Source: Oikopleura dioica (lineage: Eukaryota; Animalia; Chordata). Taken from it: a stretch of 64,000 bases of DNA. Below the pieces are notes generated by a model. That model was given only the letters and a program-made list of their open reading frames with translations. It made no database searches and was not told where the DNA came from. Made by a program: the position numbers and the translations under genes. The stretch lies in contig OU015566.1 in assembly GCA_907165135.1 (NCBI GenBank), positions 9,858,001 through 9,922,000 of the forward strand. The letters run 5' to 3'. Numbering within the stretch: position 1 is the stretch's first letter; each line of letters opens with the position of its first letter. Below, in pieces: positions 12,870 through 26,464 of the stretch.

Positions 12870-13784
12870 GTGTGTTTCCACTGTCGATGGATCAGGTGCA
12901 CTTGGCGACCGAGCTACACGCCGCGGAACTTAGTCCTCAGACGTAGTGTGCATCGCCGCGCCGTTCATGATGCCGTTCTTTTCCGCCTATTCTCAAATAC
13001 TGGACAAGGCCTAGGTCAGTTCACACCAGGTTATAAAAGTGATGATGATGGTCACCGCAAGTTCGTTCTCGTATCGCGCTCTAGACCAGAAGGAAGCGCC
13101 GCCCAAGTTGGTATGTTGCTGCGGCGGATAGGTGAAGCGAGAGGAGCGAATTTAACACCGCAGAAAGGGCGATCATTCAAAGAAAGAATACTTTCGGGAA
13201 ATTCTAGAGTGTTTTACGGGGTCTTTGAACTCCTGAGAAATAAATCCCCGTGGTCAAAGAACGTCAGGCGATTTTACGATAGCCAGTTATATTCTCAACA
13301 AGATGACTCAATTTATGTAGCAGTACGTTGCACAATCATAAAAACTTTTCAATCATTGCACAAAGCTCTCAGTCTGCCGCTGCCTAAAAATCATTTAGTG
13401 AAAATGGCCTGCGAATCTGAAAATTTCTTATTTTACCTCGAAGAGTCTGATTCCTTCATAGAAGTCAACAACAAGGATGAAGTTTTAGCTACCGAAGAGT
13501 TCAGCCCATTTTCTGGACTAGAGAAATGGTTGACGGATGTTCCTTCGATCAAAGGCCCTAATAGGTCGAAAATTATGGATAAGCTTGCGGAATTTCGGGA
13601 GGAAATAAGAAAAGAAGAACTGAAGAAAGCAAGAGAAATCAGCAAACAGAATAATCAGAGATCAGACTACATCAACTCTGCAAGTGAATTTAGACGGCTA
13701 GTTGCTGAGGTTTCCAAGATGCCGAAGGAAACTAAGAAGAAAAAAACTAAATTCTTCAAAAATTTACTTTCTAATAAACAATAG
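12870..13784 (+). CDS. Intronless 304-aa hypothetical ORF (true start uncertain), basic coiled-coil C-terminus
   Basis: Longest complete ORF in the supplied track and protein-like in composition. No motif recognised. Confidence 0.5.
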   Translation: MCFHCRWIRCTWRPSYTPRNLVLRRSVHRRAVHDAVLFRLFSNTGQGLGQFTPGYKSDDDGHRKFVLVSRSRPEGSAAQVGMLLRRIGEARGANLTPQKGRSFKERILSGNSRVFYGVFELLRNKSPWSKNVRRFYDSQLYSQQDDSIYVAVRCTIIKTFQSLHKALSLPLPKNHLVKMACESENFLFYLEESDSFIEVNNKDEVLATEEFSPFSGLEKWLTDVPSIKGPNRSKIMDKLAEFREEIRKEELKKAREISKQNNQRSDYINSASEFRRLVAEVSKMPKETKKKKTKFFKNLLSNKQ

Positions 13785-16700
13785 GCCATTTGATAAAAAC
13801 ACATCTGGCTGTATAAAAGCATCTTGCAAAATAAGGATTATTTCTCAAAATTAAGCTGTCGACCCAGAAGGCTTTAAAACAGCCATTTAACAGGCCTTTT
13901 GTTGTTTATGTTTGATTGTCGAGTTTGTTTCGGAGTGAAACGTTGCTGGCAAATTGTAGCCCGTATTGGCTTCGCATAAGTAGAAGAATTATGTGTGCAA
14001 ATAAGCGACTAAAGATCTGATAACTGTGGCGGTAGAAGGCCTCTGAAACACCTGCCGGGGTGATAACGATTACCGGTATCACCAAAAGGCGAAAGTCGAC
14101 ATGTGACAAAGGTCGCGCGAATATGAGACACGTCAGAGTATACACGGCTAAATCGTTTTATCTGCTTTAAAACTTATGTCACACAAAGTATCTTTCTGAA
14201 GACGGAAAAATGAAAACGATGCTCTTTCAAGTTGAAAAATAAGCTTCAAGGAAAATCAATTGAAACGTTGTTTCGGATAGAAAATAACTCACCTTCGAAA
14301 AAACGCAGATTTGTTTTGAACATTAGTTACGGGAATTCAACTGTAGGCCGTCTTCGGCATCCGCACAGCTGCAAATGAACGGGTTCAGAACGGGCAACAA
14401 ATCGCATTCAACTCGTATAAATCTAGTTTAAATAAAGTACCTTTGATTAAAATGCGGTTTTTGGAAAAATAAAGATTAAAGGTTCTTTCATGGAACATGT
14501 GGTTGAAAACTGATTTTTTATAGAAAAGGAAACATCAAAAATGCAGATTTAGAGTGAGATCTTTTAGATAATCAATCATTTAATTATTATCACCTGCTTA
14601 TCTGCATAAATGACTTCGATGAGGAAGTGCGAGTATCATTTTTGAAATGGAGCAAAAATTAAGAAAAAGTAATCATAAAATGCTCTTCGAGCTTTTTACT
14701 ATTATATTTTCCTGATAAATTATAGAATCATTCGTCGAAGTTACGATTGGAAGCGACGATTATTTATTATTCATTGCAAAGAGGCCAATTCTTGAATAAC
14801 TTTCAGAACGTTTTCGCAAAAATAAATATTTGGTAAATACAATAAAACAATTGTTTTATTCTAGCACTATGCTGCATAGTCTATGCACCGGATGATGTGG
14901 TTTAAATTCAAGGCAAGCATTCTCGAGAAATTTCTTTCTCATTTTAATTGAACTGTTTTGACATTTTTGTGAATCAGAACAACTTCTGACGCACAGCAGT
15001 TCGCCTTGCATGCAGCGGAAATGTTCGCCGAAATTCTTTTGGTGGTTGAAAGACTCTTACTTGTGTCGAGTTTTCCCACTCATTTGAGAACGAACTTTTT
15101 TACGTGCGCTCTTATAATTTAGGAAAGGTATTTTGGTCTGTAGAAAGCGTGGAATTTCTAGCAATAAATTTCACCTTTCTAGCTTCGCGGAAATTAACAC
15201 ATCAATCAAGGCATAAGCCCAAATCGGCGCCAAATTTATCTCTCTCGACCTTTTTGCCACGGCTGATCCAATTTGACATTTTGAAATTTTTCGCCTTTTC
15301 GCCAAAAGCTGTTCACTTCAGGGAAGGCGCGAGTAGGGTCAGCTTTTGCTTCCGTCTTGCATAATCTCGGCTAAATCAATGATTTCAACACAAACGACAA
15401 CTAACGGTTCTCATCAAGCGTAAGCGTTGACGCTTCTTTTTGGACAACTACACATTTCAGCGACAAACAATTCAGCGAAAATCCTTCGAAGTGAATAATA
15501 AAGACGAAGATGAGCTCTTTTTTTAAAAGTCTTTTCTTCACATTTCTTTTAAAAATGCCCCAGAAAAGACCCGGAAAACTAAACGTTTCCATAACGCACT
15601 AAAGAAGCACTAGAATTTTAGTTTTTTCGTTTCTTTCTTTGAAAGTGGAAGTGTCTTGAATCTCAGGCAGATGGTTGAACTTTTAGCCGCTCCGAATCTC
15701 CTTTCTTCTGCGTTGCAGCTTCTTCATAATTCGCGACACTTGAAGCGGGTAGCATTGTCTCGATGCAATACCTAATTTTTGAGTTTTGATTTTTGAGTGT
15801 CTTTTCGCGCCGCTAAAGGATAAGGTTCAATTGCGGCACCTGTATATGAAGATTCCAAGGAGGACCAGACTCAGTTGGCAGGAAACGATGAATAAGAACA
15901 GGTCTTTCAAGAGTTCAGAAAAATAACGACTTAGTCATGCGATACCCTTAAAATTCGATCCGAAATGATTGAAACTCCTTTCTAGGGGTATATGAGTGTG
16001 TTCACTTTCTCTCGTTTTCCACGTGACTTTCTAAAATTTAAAATAATGATGAATGAAAGCGAGGGTTGAGTTATTCATGTAATGAAATGGTCAGGCATTC
16101 CAAGTCTTAAATTGAGCTAAACAAGCGCGGTTTTTGAATAGAACACGTACTACTACAAACTCCCAAAAATTCGCCCTCAAATCCTGGACCACCATGGAAT
16201 TTCATAAAGCCACAATCCTATAAGCACCCTTTTTTGTGCAGCATAGAATCGTTCACTTCAAAGTTTAAACTCCAATTGAAAATCTTCGGATCATTCTTTC
16301 TCCCTCTTTCTCGCAAAATTTAGTCACCGTTCTTGATTTCTGAGAAATTTCAGTTCTAAACCCGCGACGCAACAATCTGAGAGCTGAGGAATTTAATGAA
16401 AAACGACCCCAGACAAATAGTTTTTCATTTTTTCATTTTTCAATACTTACTTACATTTATACTTTCAGAAAACCAAGGCATCCCTTTTCTCTCTTGATGC
16501 GAGAAATCTTAAATCCAAGCTGTTGAAATGGCCTTGTAGACAAGAAAAGAGAAAAAAGGGTGAGAGAAAATCATCAATCACAATAAAATGACATGCGACA
16601 AAAAGAAAAAGACCCTTAATATTCTTCTCAAGGCCAGGTTTATTTTATTAATTAGCAATAACTGTATCTAATCTCTCCTGGGATAAGATTACTTAGCGCC

Positions 16701-19700
16701 GCGAGGGGTTAATTTTATAATTATGATGGCAAGATAAAAATTCATAACAAACTCAGTCAGGCCCTATGTTTTTGAATGAAGATTCAATTTTTGATGGAGC
16801 AGCTGGAAAACGCAATATTGCGCCGTGTTAGTTGACACGTTCTATCAGACAACGTTGCGCATTCATTTTCCGAAAGGTTGGAAATTGAAATTGAAAGGCT
16901 TAATTTTTAGGGCGTATCTTCGAAGCGAAAACGCATGGGCTTTTGGGGAATTGATGAGGAACGCGCTTATTTGAGAAGAAAACAGTCTAATTTAAGATGC
17001 TGTAAATTATTATTCGGGATTATAAAATACTTAACCTACAAGAAGAATCATCTGGAAGAAGCATCTGAAAAAGTAGCTGCGCCACTCAGAAGCTGACTCT
17101 TACTTTTGCAGCTGTGTTCCTAAATGTCAGCGAGTAAGTGGCTTTGGAGGTCGGCACTGCCGAGTTGAGCGTCTAAAATGCTCAACTTGACGTCAAAAGT
17201 GCAGGAAGGAAGCAACTTATTGCCTTCGCTAAAGCGCGCTTTTGGAAGCAACAAGGGCAAAGTTGACGATCAAATTTTAATACAAGTAATTCTTCCTCCA
17301 ATTTTCGATGAACACAATCATTTTGAAGCTATGACGAATCTTCCGACAACAATTTCCATTACACAATATTGCTGCTAATTAGTTTTTCTAAAGTGCTGTT
17401 CTTTAGACTAATTTCTTTTTTGGCAGGAAGCAATTCTCTTAGCGCAAGTGGTCGTCATTGAAGACGGAAGGTGTCGGCAGACATTCACACGCAGCCGCAT
17501 AATAAGGACACCTATGCATAGAGGCCTTAACCTAAGCCGCCTGCTTCTAAAAAGAATGGTAATTCTAGCGCCTCTGAAGCAATTATGAAATTTGCGGCTC
17601 GAACGCTTTCTTCGCGTAATCTGTTTTTTTATTTGATGTATTTTTCACGTGTTCTATTATGCAGTTGACATTTTCTTTCGCGAAAATCCAAAATTAAGGC
17701 GCTCTCAATTCATAATTACAAAAGGTCAAAGTTTTCTCTAATCAATATTAGCAAAAATCGAAAATCGGTATTATGAAAAGCTCTGTTTTCTTGAAGTTCT
17801 GAGCAGAGAAAACTGATTTTGAGATACTTAGAAGATTAATCCTTTTCAAAGGCAGCGCGATTTTGGTGAACGGGTGTGTCTTAACGATCAGGGTTCGGCC
17901 CGGGGTCGGCGTCAGTTGCGCCGAAGTACTACTGACTCCTCCAGCAGTAATAAAGCCTGGCGCAGCTATCACCAGCGTTTCTTAAACGTGCGCAAAGCAG
18001 CAACACCTGCGCGCGGAGCATCTTCGGACTCCGGTTACAGGGCCAAGATCGTGAAGAAATATGCATACCGCAGCGATGATGTTGCAAGCAATTCGACTCT
18101 GTGAATTATCTATTGATGAATCTTCTTCTGTTTCTAAAGCTGAAAATGAGGAAAAATATAAAACAGTGGTTCTTAACAAAAGCCGGTTTTGGTTGTAGCA
18201 AAGGATGTGGAAACAAGACTCTTTTGTTGTGTAATGAACAAATTAGAATCTGTGATTTGAAACCATTCAATTCTCAATCAACTAACATCATGTTGATGTT
18301 TTTGCCAGTGCATGCTTGCTAGTGTGTGTGTTGGTGCCTACCAGGCTTAGTTACGTATAAAGTGGAAGCAGTTGTTTTGGCAAAAATAGTTGGACTTCAT
18401 CAACTCAATTTTCAGTTGTGAAATTCAAATCCCAGCGATTTTGGATAAATTTCTTTAAAAAACATTAAATTGAGTAACAAGATTTTTAGAAAAATAAAAT
18501 TCTGTCCCAAGAAAAAATATGTGTGTGTTGAACGCGACCTTTTTGGCGATTTTGGTTTGATCTGACAAGGATCCCAAAACCACGAGGCGGTCATTTTTGT
18601 GTCCTAGAGCACGAGTCCATTTCTGCCGAAAATACAGATAAGCGAACAAGTTGAAATATAAAATAGACCGCAAAATTTCTCGCCACTTTGAAAATTTTAA
18701 TAGTCGGAACTGAAGTTTGTACGTTTTTCTAAATCCTTTTGATATTGACCTACATTTCTAATTCACAAAATCGCAAAATGAATACAACTCAATTAAATTG
18801 TCGTTCCATTCCTCCGTGCCACTAAAGAAATACCACTCGAGGAAATAGCTTCTGGGGCTTAACAAATTGCTTTTTGTCTCGCTGACGTAAAATGGGAAAA
18901 ATAACTTGAGTAGACCCTTAGTTAGCCACGAATCTAACAAGTTCAATTCAGATAAGGGCGAATTTCTCCGTCTTTTCTAGCGCTAGAAACGTGCGGAAAA
19001 CGCCCCTTTCAGATATAAAACCTGAGTATACATGAACCACGAATTCGGGCTTAGATGTTTGTTTTTTATCTTGACAGCTCATGCGAAAAAGAATGTTCTG
19101 TTTTTCAATGAGAATTCTAGCTTAGGTTGTATAATTTTCGCGCTGGATAGTTTGGATTAGCGCAGGTTAAATTTAGATTATTTATGATTCCCTGTTTAAC
19201 TTAAACTGGAAGGTACGATAGAGCGTTATATTTAGGTTCGCCACCTCGAAAGCCAAGCCTGATGACGTAGCAGGGGTGGACCTTCGTGGCTCTGTAGATA
19301 AGGAGCTCCATTATCAGCGGAAAGTCAAATTGTGATACGAACGTAAAAAGCGAGATGCAGGATTAGAATGATGCAGTGTTCCTGTGATAAGACAGAAAGC
19401 TTTAGAAAAAAGTCCAACTATCCTTCGAGTCAATTATTCCCAGGAATAATCAATTAACTTGAATGGTTTTACTGAAGGAAGATTAAACTCATATCCCGCC
19501 AAGATAAAGATGGAAACTGCCACACACACGTACGCTTTCTGATAAAAATTCAGACTTGGGTTTCTACTGTAGAAGAGTACTGTCAAAGTAGACTCTACCC
19601 AGTAGATAGTATCCCATAATAATGACGATAAGCGTAAGTCTATATCGCCCATGAGTCAAAAAAGATACAGTGTCACGTTTAGCAGCGGCGGTGGAGCTGA

Positions 19701-20834
19701 TCCGTGGAGTTGACAGAGGTGCTACTAGAACAGGTGCTAACTCTTCGGTGACTCGGCTCCCAACACAACAAGTAAATGAAGCTCGAGCAAAGCAGCTCGT
19801 GTCACGTTGCTGAGCGGATTAGATGATCCTCTTGTCAGTAATTAGCCCGGGCGACTTCTCGTAAAATCTCATCCTCGCCAATTTCAACTTTCAAATCGAG
19901 ACACCTGTTCTTTATGTAATGACACGCGCTAGTAATTAGCTTGTAGGATTCTATTGAAGCAATTAACAAGAGAAAATTTCCCTGAAATAACCAAAAATAT
20001 TGAAAAACAAACTTTATCCACGATTTTTGAACGCAAAAAAGATGATGATTAGTGAGTTAGATGATGGTGTTAAAATTTGCGAATACAATGCGCGGTGACT
20101 GGAGCGAGGGTGCTGGCTGCGATCCCACTTGGGCTTGGCTAACCGCATGATGGCATTAGAGGCCCCTTTTTGCTCTCTACGAGGCAAGGGCTAGGTGTGA
20201 CTTTCCGAACTTCCAAAACCTCAAAAGCGCCTTTTGATTACGAAATTCGACGCGCCCTTGTTTCACTTCTAAGTAGATGTAATAATGGCTTTTTAAAGGG
20301 CCTTAGAAAAGTTGCAAAGAAATGAACTTTAATAATAGCGCTTCTGGAAATTGACAAGTTGCTGAGTAGCCATCTGTCGGGCGAAAATTCAGCGATCACT
20401 TTCGAATCATGAAATCATGACAAGATATAGGACGCTGTGGAGTAATTATACATAACGGATGTGCGCTGGGTTAACCTTTCGGACTGTGGCATTCGGTGAA
20501 GTGAACCGGTTTCGTGAAAATATTCGGAAGGTCACATCTTTGTATAATAAGAGACAGGCCATGTTACTGCTCAATATCAACAAAAAGAGTCTAGCATGGG
20601 AAAACCGAGCTCATCAAAAATCGGTACAGAAAGGAAATTCCAAGTCACCATGCCACGATTCTTTGCGTTAGAAAGAACAAATACAATTTTGATGTAGCAG
20701 CTAAAAGAATCCCTTTTTTTCTCATTTTAATGCTTGCTTTTGGATTGACATGTCAATAGATACTCATCAGTATGCAAATTGAAATATCACACAAGGAAGC
20801 TTGTGATTATTTCTGAGCGTATCATTTACCAAAA

Positions 20835-21418
20835 ATGAGTTCAGTTCGAGGTGCAATTTCAAATATAAGGCATTATCTGAATACGATTGAAAGAGAAATT
20901 GCAGGATATACGACCATCGACCAAAGGAGCAGACGAAGACAGCCTCCAAAAAGACCAGCTTACCCTTTTAAACGAAAGTCGTTCTACAAAATTCATAGGC
21001 ATGAGTCTTCTGATGAAGAAGAAGATTCATCAGATGAGCACGAAGATTCATCTGCCGAGGAGGAAGATTCATCTGACGAAGAAACTGTCAGTTTTGATGC
21101 TCTAGCTCATGAGCTTATTCAATTTTATCAAAGATATGGGTAAAAATCTATTAAAAATAGTATTTAAATTTTCTTAGAATTGACCATTACTGGACTCGAT
21201 ACGGAGCTGTTGGAGCTAGAGGAAAAGGCTGTCGAGGCGGCGGGGATTTCTGCTTATTTTTCAATAAAAATGGTAAAGCACTTGCTCGTTGATTTCTCTA
21301 AGCCTCTTATCAAGGTGCCTTCGTGAAAGCGTACGAAGAGTCAAAGAAGAAATTCGTTTTCGATGAGTACGAGCTTGATATTCGTCGACAACCATTCAAA
21401 GATCTCTTTCGGCTTTGA
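20835..21418 (+). CDS. Small hypothetical 3-exon protein with acidic (SSDEEED) repeats and a basic patch
   Basis: Exons 20835-21139, 21178-21272, 21315-21418. GT-AG introns of 38 and 42 bp keep the frame. AATAAA directly follows the stop. Confidence 0.75.
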
Positions 21419-23208
21419 GAATAAATAATGACTTGATATTTTTCGTGTGAATCTTGGAGTGTGTCTAAACTCTAGAACTTTTGTGTGAATAAGAGCGTCT
21501 AATCAATTTGGTGGAGGATGTTCCAGCAAGGCGCTTCCGTCTCCCCCACGTAAGCACTAAACGGATTACGCTCGTTGGAATTTTGTGTTCGCGCCTCGCG
21601 CCAAATACGGGCGTTAAATTCTGTAATTTAAAGTTATCAGCAACTCTCTGTCTCGTTTCGCAAGTCAGAGAAGGTCAGTGTCAAGAGTTTTCTATTCCCG
21701 GTTTTTAGATAAGATAAGAAACAGTGTATGTAAATTCCTTGGATCATCTTGCGCCAGAATATCTAAGTTCCCCTTTTAACTTCGAATTGGGGCAACAACT
21801 CGAAGGAAAACGGGCGGCGGGTTTGTTCACGCGAAATCTTGCCCATTTACCGCATTCAGAAGAGTGTTTCTTGATAAGTTAGGAAGCACGCAAGTGCGAG
21901 AGGGTTATCCAAGCCAACTGCGGCTTCCTGATAGCACCGAGCGGTCCTCAGGACTGTTCTGCAGCACCTTTGAAAATGAGGCTCGAGGGAGAAAGCGAGA
22001 GAGTTGAAGTTTTCTTCGAACGGTCAAAGATAAACTGTGAGCCACTGAACTTCTTGATAACCCAACGATATAAGCTGATGTAACGAATTTGCGACGGGCA
22101 GACATGATGACCTTGGATAGACACGTTTGCGCTTAGTTGATTTTTTTGTAAACATACCATTTCATCGAAGTAACTAACTTTTGGACCAGCAGCTATCGTG
22201 TTGCAATGTTAAGACAATCTTGAAATTCGCATTGTGCGTCGAAAATCTAAGTTACGGTGACTGGCCTGGTAATCGATCAAAGTTAGGGACGGTAATAACG
22301 TGACCAGCCGAGAACGTGTCTTTTTAAAAATCGTCTCAGACATGATAATCCTTTTTGGCATGGCTTGCCGTCACCGACTGGGTCACCAACAAAAATATAT
22401 CGTAAGCTGCGGAAACACTTCTGTCAAATGCAACATGCATTAGAAATTTGGCGCTCTTCGGATTGTCGAAAGCCTCAAAAAGCATTCTAATCGCTCGTTA
22501 GGTTAAATCAAACATTTCAAAATCGAGTAATCGACAAGGTTGGTGCTACATCAAGCAAATCAGCTGCGCTTTATGTTCGATAACCCGCCAGCTGCGGAGT
22601 TATTTTGATAGCAACGAGGAAAAAGCGCTTAGATGGCGATTTTTTGACCTTCCACGTAGCAAATTATGACAAAACAAAAGCAGTTGGTCTTTTGACTTGT
22701 TGGCTCTCACTCCTTCAGGAGCATTTTTGTTGAGAAAAAGAGACTCCGTTCTTTTGCATTTTTCTAATAAAAATGTCGCTGATACTGATGTATCTTGACA
22801 TCCTGTTTACAGTTTTTAATACTAACCCGGCGGTTTGAGTGTTGATCGATTATGTGTGCTCTTGCCGCAGTGATTCCGGGTGACGTTGTGGAGGCCGATT
22901 CTGGATACTTGCTTGTTCACGCTCATGTCACGCCTAGATTGCCGTCTGAGTTTATCATTCCTCGGTGCATGAAATTAAACGGCACCGAGGGGAATGCACT
23001 GGCTCAGTTTTATAGCACTTTGATATTTTAGTGACACGCTTTTTTGTGATTTTTTCGAGGGGGATGAAACAAGCTTAAAGGGAGATAGCAGAAGGCTGAG
23101 TAGAGGATTTTTGGGGCGGCTTGTTCAATCGAATTTTAGAGCTACTGTAGATATAAGTTTTAAAATTGGATTCTCGATAAAAAAAACTGAGATTTTGGTC
23201 TTTGAAGT

Positions 23209-24360
23209 CTAAATTCTATCGTCGCCAATTCTGCTGTCACATGTCAAAATCCACCTTTTCGAGGAGAGGGTGCTCTTGTGGCACTTTCGTCATATTTGCC
23301 TCCTGTGGCACTGTCTCTCCTGTGGCACTTGCGCTTGTTGTGGCATACCACAGGAGAGACAGTGCCACAAGAGAGACAGTGCCACAAGAGAGACATTTTC
23401 AAAAGCGTTCCCTATCAGATTTTCAAAATGATAATCTTCTTAGGGAATCCGCCGGCGGAGCGTGGCTCGCAGTTTTTTAGTTTCTATCTTTGCTGTTAGA
23501 ACTTTTTCTGATTAAAATTTATTTTTCTACTTGGACGAAACTTTCCTTGACCTTTCATTGTCATTTCGTCAACTAATCATATCTCGTACTTACGGTGAGT
23601 TTTTCCGAAAATTTGGATTCTTGATATCAAGGATACAGAACTTATCCAACTGTTACATTGTAACATAACTCAATCGTCTATTGAAAGTTTAGTCCACCCA
23701 AAAAAATCATGTAAATCGAAAAAAGTTATCAAATGGAGAACAGCAAGGCGCGCACATGGAGATAGGTCGGTGGACTCCCTAAAATTATCATTTCGAGAAT
23801 CTGATAGTTGAAAATGTCTCTCTTGTGGCACTGTCTCTCTTGTGGCACTGTCTCTCCTGTGGTATACCACAGCGGGCGCAAGTGCCACAGGAGAGAAAGT
23901 GCCACAAGAGAGACAGTGCCACAGGAGCACCCTTCCCCCTTTTCGACCCTCGAATCCAGATTCCGTTGTAATTAACCAATCTCGGTGTTATGTGTAAAAT
24001 GGAGCCGCCAGTAGCTCCGGCAAATTTATAACGATTCCCATGTTCCCAGTCAGAAACATTCCTTCTTACAGCTATCTCATAAAGTTCTTTCCTCGCTGGG
24101 AGTTGTCGATAATTTCGAAAAGAGGATTGAATGAATTCTGGACATTCCATAATCCGCAACGATTACACGATTCTCTGACTGTATTTTTCGCAGAATATAA
24201 AATCGAGAGACCGGCTGCTTTCCAAGATCGATCGCTGCCACTTCCATCGTTTATTTGGAACTTTGTCGAAGACGTAACGAAAACAGGAGAAAACTGTGTT
24301 TTCGTTTTTCTCCCGTGAGAGCGGAACATCCCGTTTGAAGTCCCCTTTAATTACTTTCAA
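23209..24360 (-). pseudogene. Decayed ORF interrupted by the foldback element
   Basis: ORFs 24360-24163 and 24159-... share one frame separated by a single stop. Removing the element plus one TSD continues the frame as ...GIWIRGSKRWILTCDSRIGDDRI*. Family not recognised. Confidence 0.4.
23263..23937. mobile_element. Foldback/Mutator-like non-autonomous element, 675 bp, modular ~170-190-bp TIRs, 9-bp TSD
   Basis: CCTTTTCGA at 23254-23262 and 23938-23946. Termini GGAGAGGGTGCTC / GGGAAGGGTGCTC (rc). TIRs are built from repeated TGTGGCAC/GTGCCACA units. Confidence 0.85.
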
Positions 24361-24498
24361 AATTTGACACGTCTCTCTAATTCTGGCGTCTGGATCTTGG
24401 AGCCTTGCGTCAACCAGTCACAAATTTCGACGATAACAGATCTCTTATCGGAAGCGTTCCAAATCAGCTTTTTAGAAAAAAACGATTTTTTTCCAGAA

Positions 24499-24560
24499 TT
24501 AGGGTAAGGGTTAGGGTTAGTTAGGCAGGATAACTTATGCAGCATAAGTTATGCTGCATA
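24499..24560. repeat. Degenerate TTAGGG-like tract followed by two overlapping palindromes
   Basis: TTAGGGTAAGGGTTAGGGTTAGTTAGG, then TAACTTATGC-A-GCATAAGTTA (24531-24551) overlapping TATGCAGCATAA-G-TTATGCTGCATA (24536-24560). Confidence 0.75.
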
Positions 24561-26464
24561 TCACATGCACCTCGATAGTGAAGAATTTTGCCCTAGTTTC
24601 AAATTGGAAGTTGTTTTTTACTTGAAGGAATGCCCTTGATATCGCTAAAAATAAGTGCTCTCTTTGCGAGTCCGAATTTCACAATGAAAACAAGAAGCAA
24701 TTATCAAGAAACACACAAATGCAACCAACGAGTAGTAAACCAGATTATTACTTCTTTAGAACATTTCCTGGGCAAGCCACGTGGTACATACACAACTTGT
24801 TCAGCGGTTAATCGCACGAGCACCAACGTTAATGGGAAAATGCAAATTATCAAACCCCCTTGAGTCAGAAACGCTGCAGGAAGCCAACGCGGAAGTTTAA
24901 AGTCACTTTGTTACACGAAAAAAAGATTCGTGGAGCGGAAGGTGGACGCCTAAACAGGTGGATTTTTGCGAAATTCCGGAAGGCGGTAAGTTCCTTAAGA
25001 TGGACGTCACTTCTTCTCCTCTTGGATCGTTTTCTTTGAAGAAATTAATCCAATTTTCAAGCGAAAAATTTCAACGTGCTTCTGTGTATGCATTAATTGA
25101 ATTTCGTCTCTCCCACTAAATGACTTACTAGAATGCTCCCCTGCTCGACTTCCCGTTGAGTTTAAGTTCGTCAAGGTGGAAATTAGATTCTGCGGGTTGA
25201 TAACATGCGATCTAAGCTAAAGAATCATATTAGGGGGTATTGCGCGAGCATGAGCGTTCACGAGTTTCTTTTTACCAGAGCTAAAAATAAGATGTTGCAT
25301 TTTCGAGGTTCTTCAAGTTGAAGATCTTTCGCTTAAAATCGCGTAAACCTCAAAAATTTTATCCAGCAACGAGTGGAATGATAAGGATTTGAAAAATGCT
25401 CAAAAAAGTGAAAAACACGAATATCAACTGAATTATCTTCATTTGCAAAATAGCTCTATTCAAGAGCTTCAAGTTGTCATTAATTGCCGCGAAGATCGAA
25501 TCATCCTTACGAGGCGATAAATTATTTGGACGTTGACGAAGAAGCTGGACTTGAACGTCGAGTCCTGCTTGAACAGCTTTCGCGAAAAAAACAAGAAGCG
25601 ACGGGCTCTTCAGAGGACGAGAATGAATCGTGGCAACAGCTCCCGGAACTGTAGGCCACGCCAGCGGTAATAAAACAGAAAAAATTCACCTGGAGCAACT
25701 GCTTCATGAAAGCGAATGATTGAACTTTGGTGTGTCTTCTTTACCCTAGCAAAATAATTTTTTAAAATTATTCAGCGTCGTCAGAAAAAAAATGATGAAA
25801 ACGAAGAGGTTTTCTTGATAATGATCTTTATTTGTAACTGACCCGGGCCTGACACGACGAGATGAAGAATTCTAGGTCAACTACATGTTTAAAATTCTAT
25901 CTGTCTATCCTCTGTCCGTGAGAAAATGCTTGAATCACGTTTTCAGAATTCATCTGAACGCTGAATATTGAAAGTCATTGCTAAAATTTGTCATAACTTA
26001 GATTGAACCAGATTTTCTATTTTGAAATTTTATCATTAAAAATCTCTTCTCAGGAGGACAAGATCTATCCTATCTAGGATTATATTCTCAAAGGATTCGA
26101 TGATATTTCCGGGTATATTTCTAAATATTCTTTTATAATCGTAGAAAGAGTTCAAGACAATTTATCTCTTAGGAGGTATGTTCGAGCGAAAGGGAGGCAT
26201 TTCTAGGTTCCTTCTAGGCTTGACTCAGCAGGTGATCAGTCCTCATCCATCAAGCGATAAGACTTTTACGTCGGGGAAGAGAGCGGGATGAATGGCGATA
26301 ACAAACTCGTAACCGCCCCGTCGAAAGACCTTCTAATCTACCCAAGTTGCTCCTGTTTCCTTAACGAGCTCAAGCAGAACCGTTATCGGCGATATCCCAC
26401 GTGGAGAGAACCGATTAATCGTACCACGCCGAGTTAACGCGTAACAACTGCGCTCTCTCAAAAT

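Noticed and set aside
19259-19335. Hammerhead ribozyme (CTGATGA...GAAA)
   Set aside because: No convincing stem II or stems I/III around the core motifs.
24499-24525. True telomere or chromosome fusion point
   Set aside because: Only about four degenerate units and no head-to-head array.
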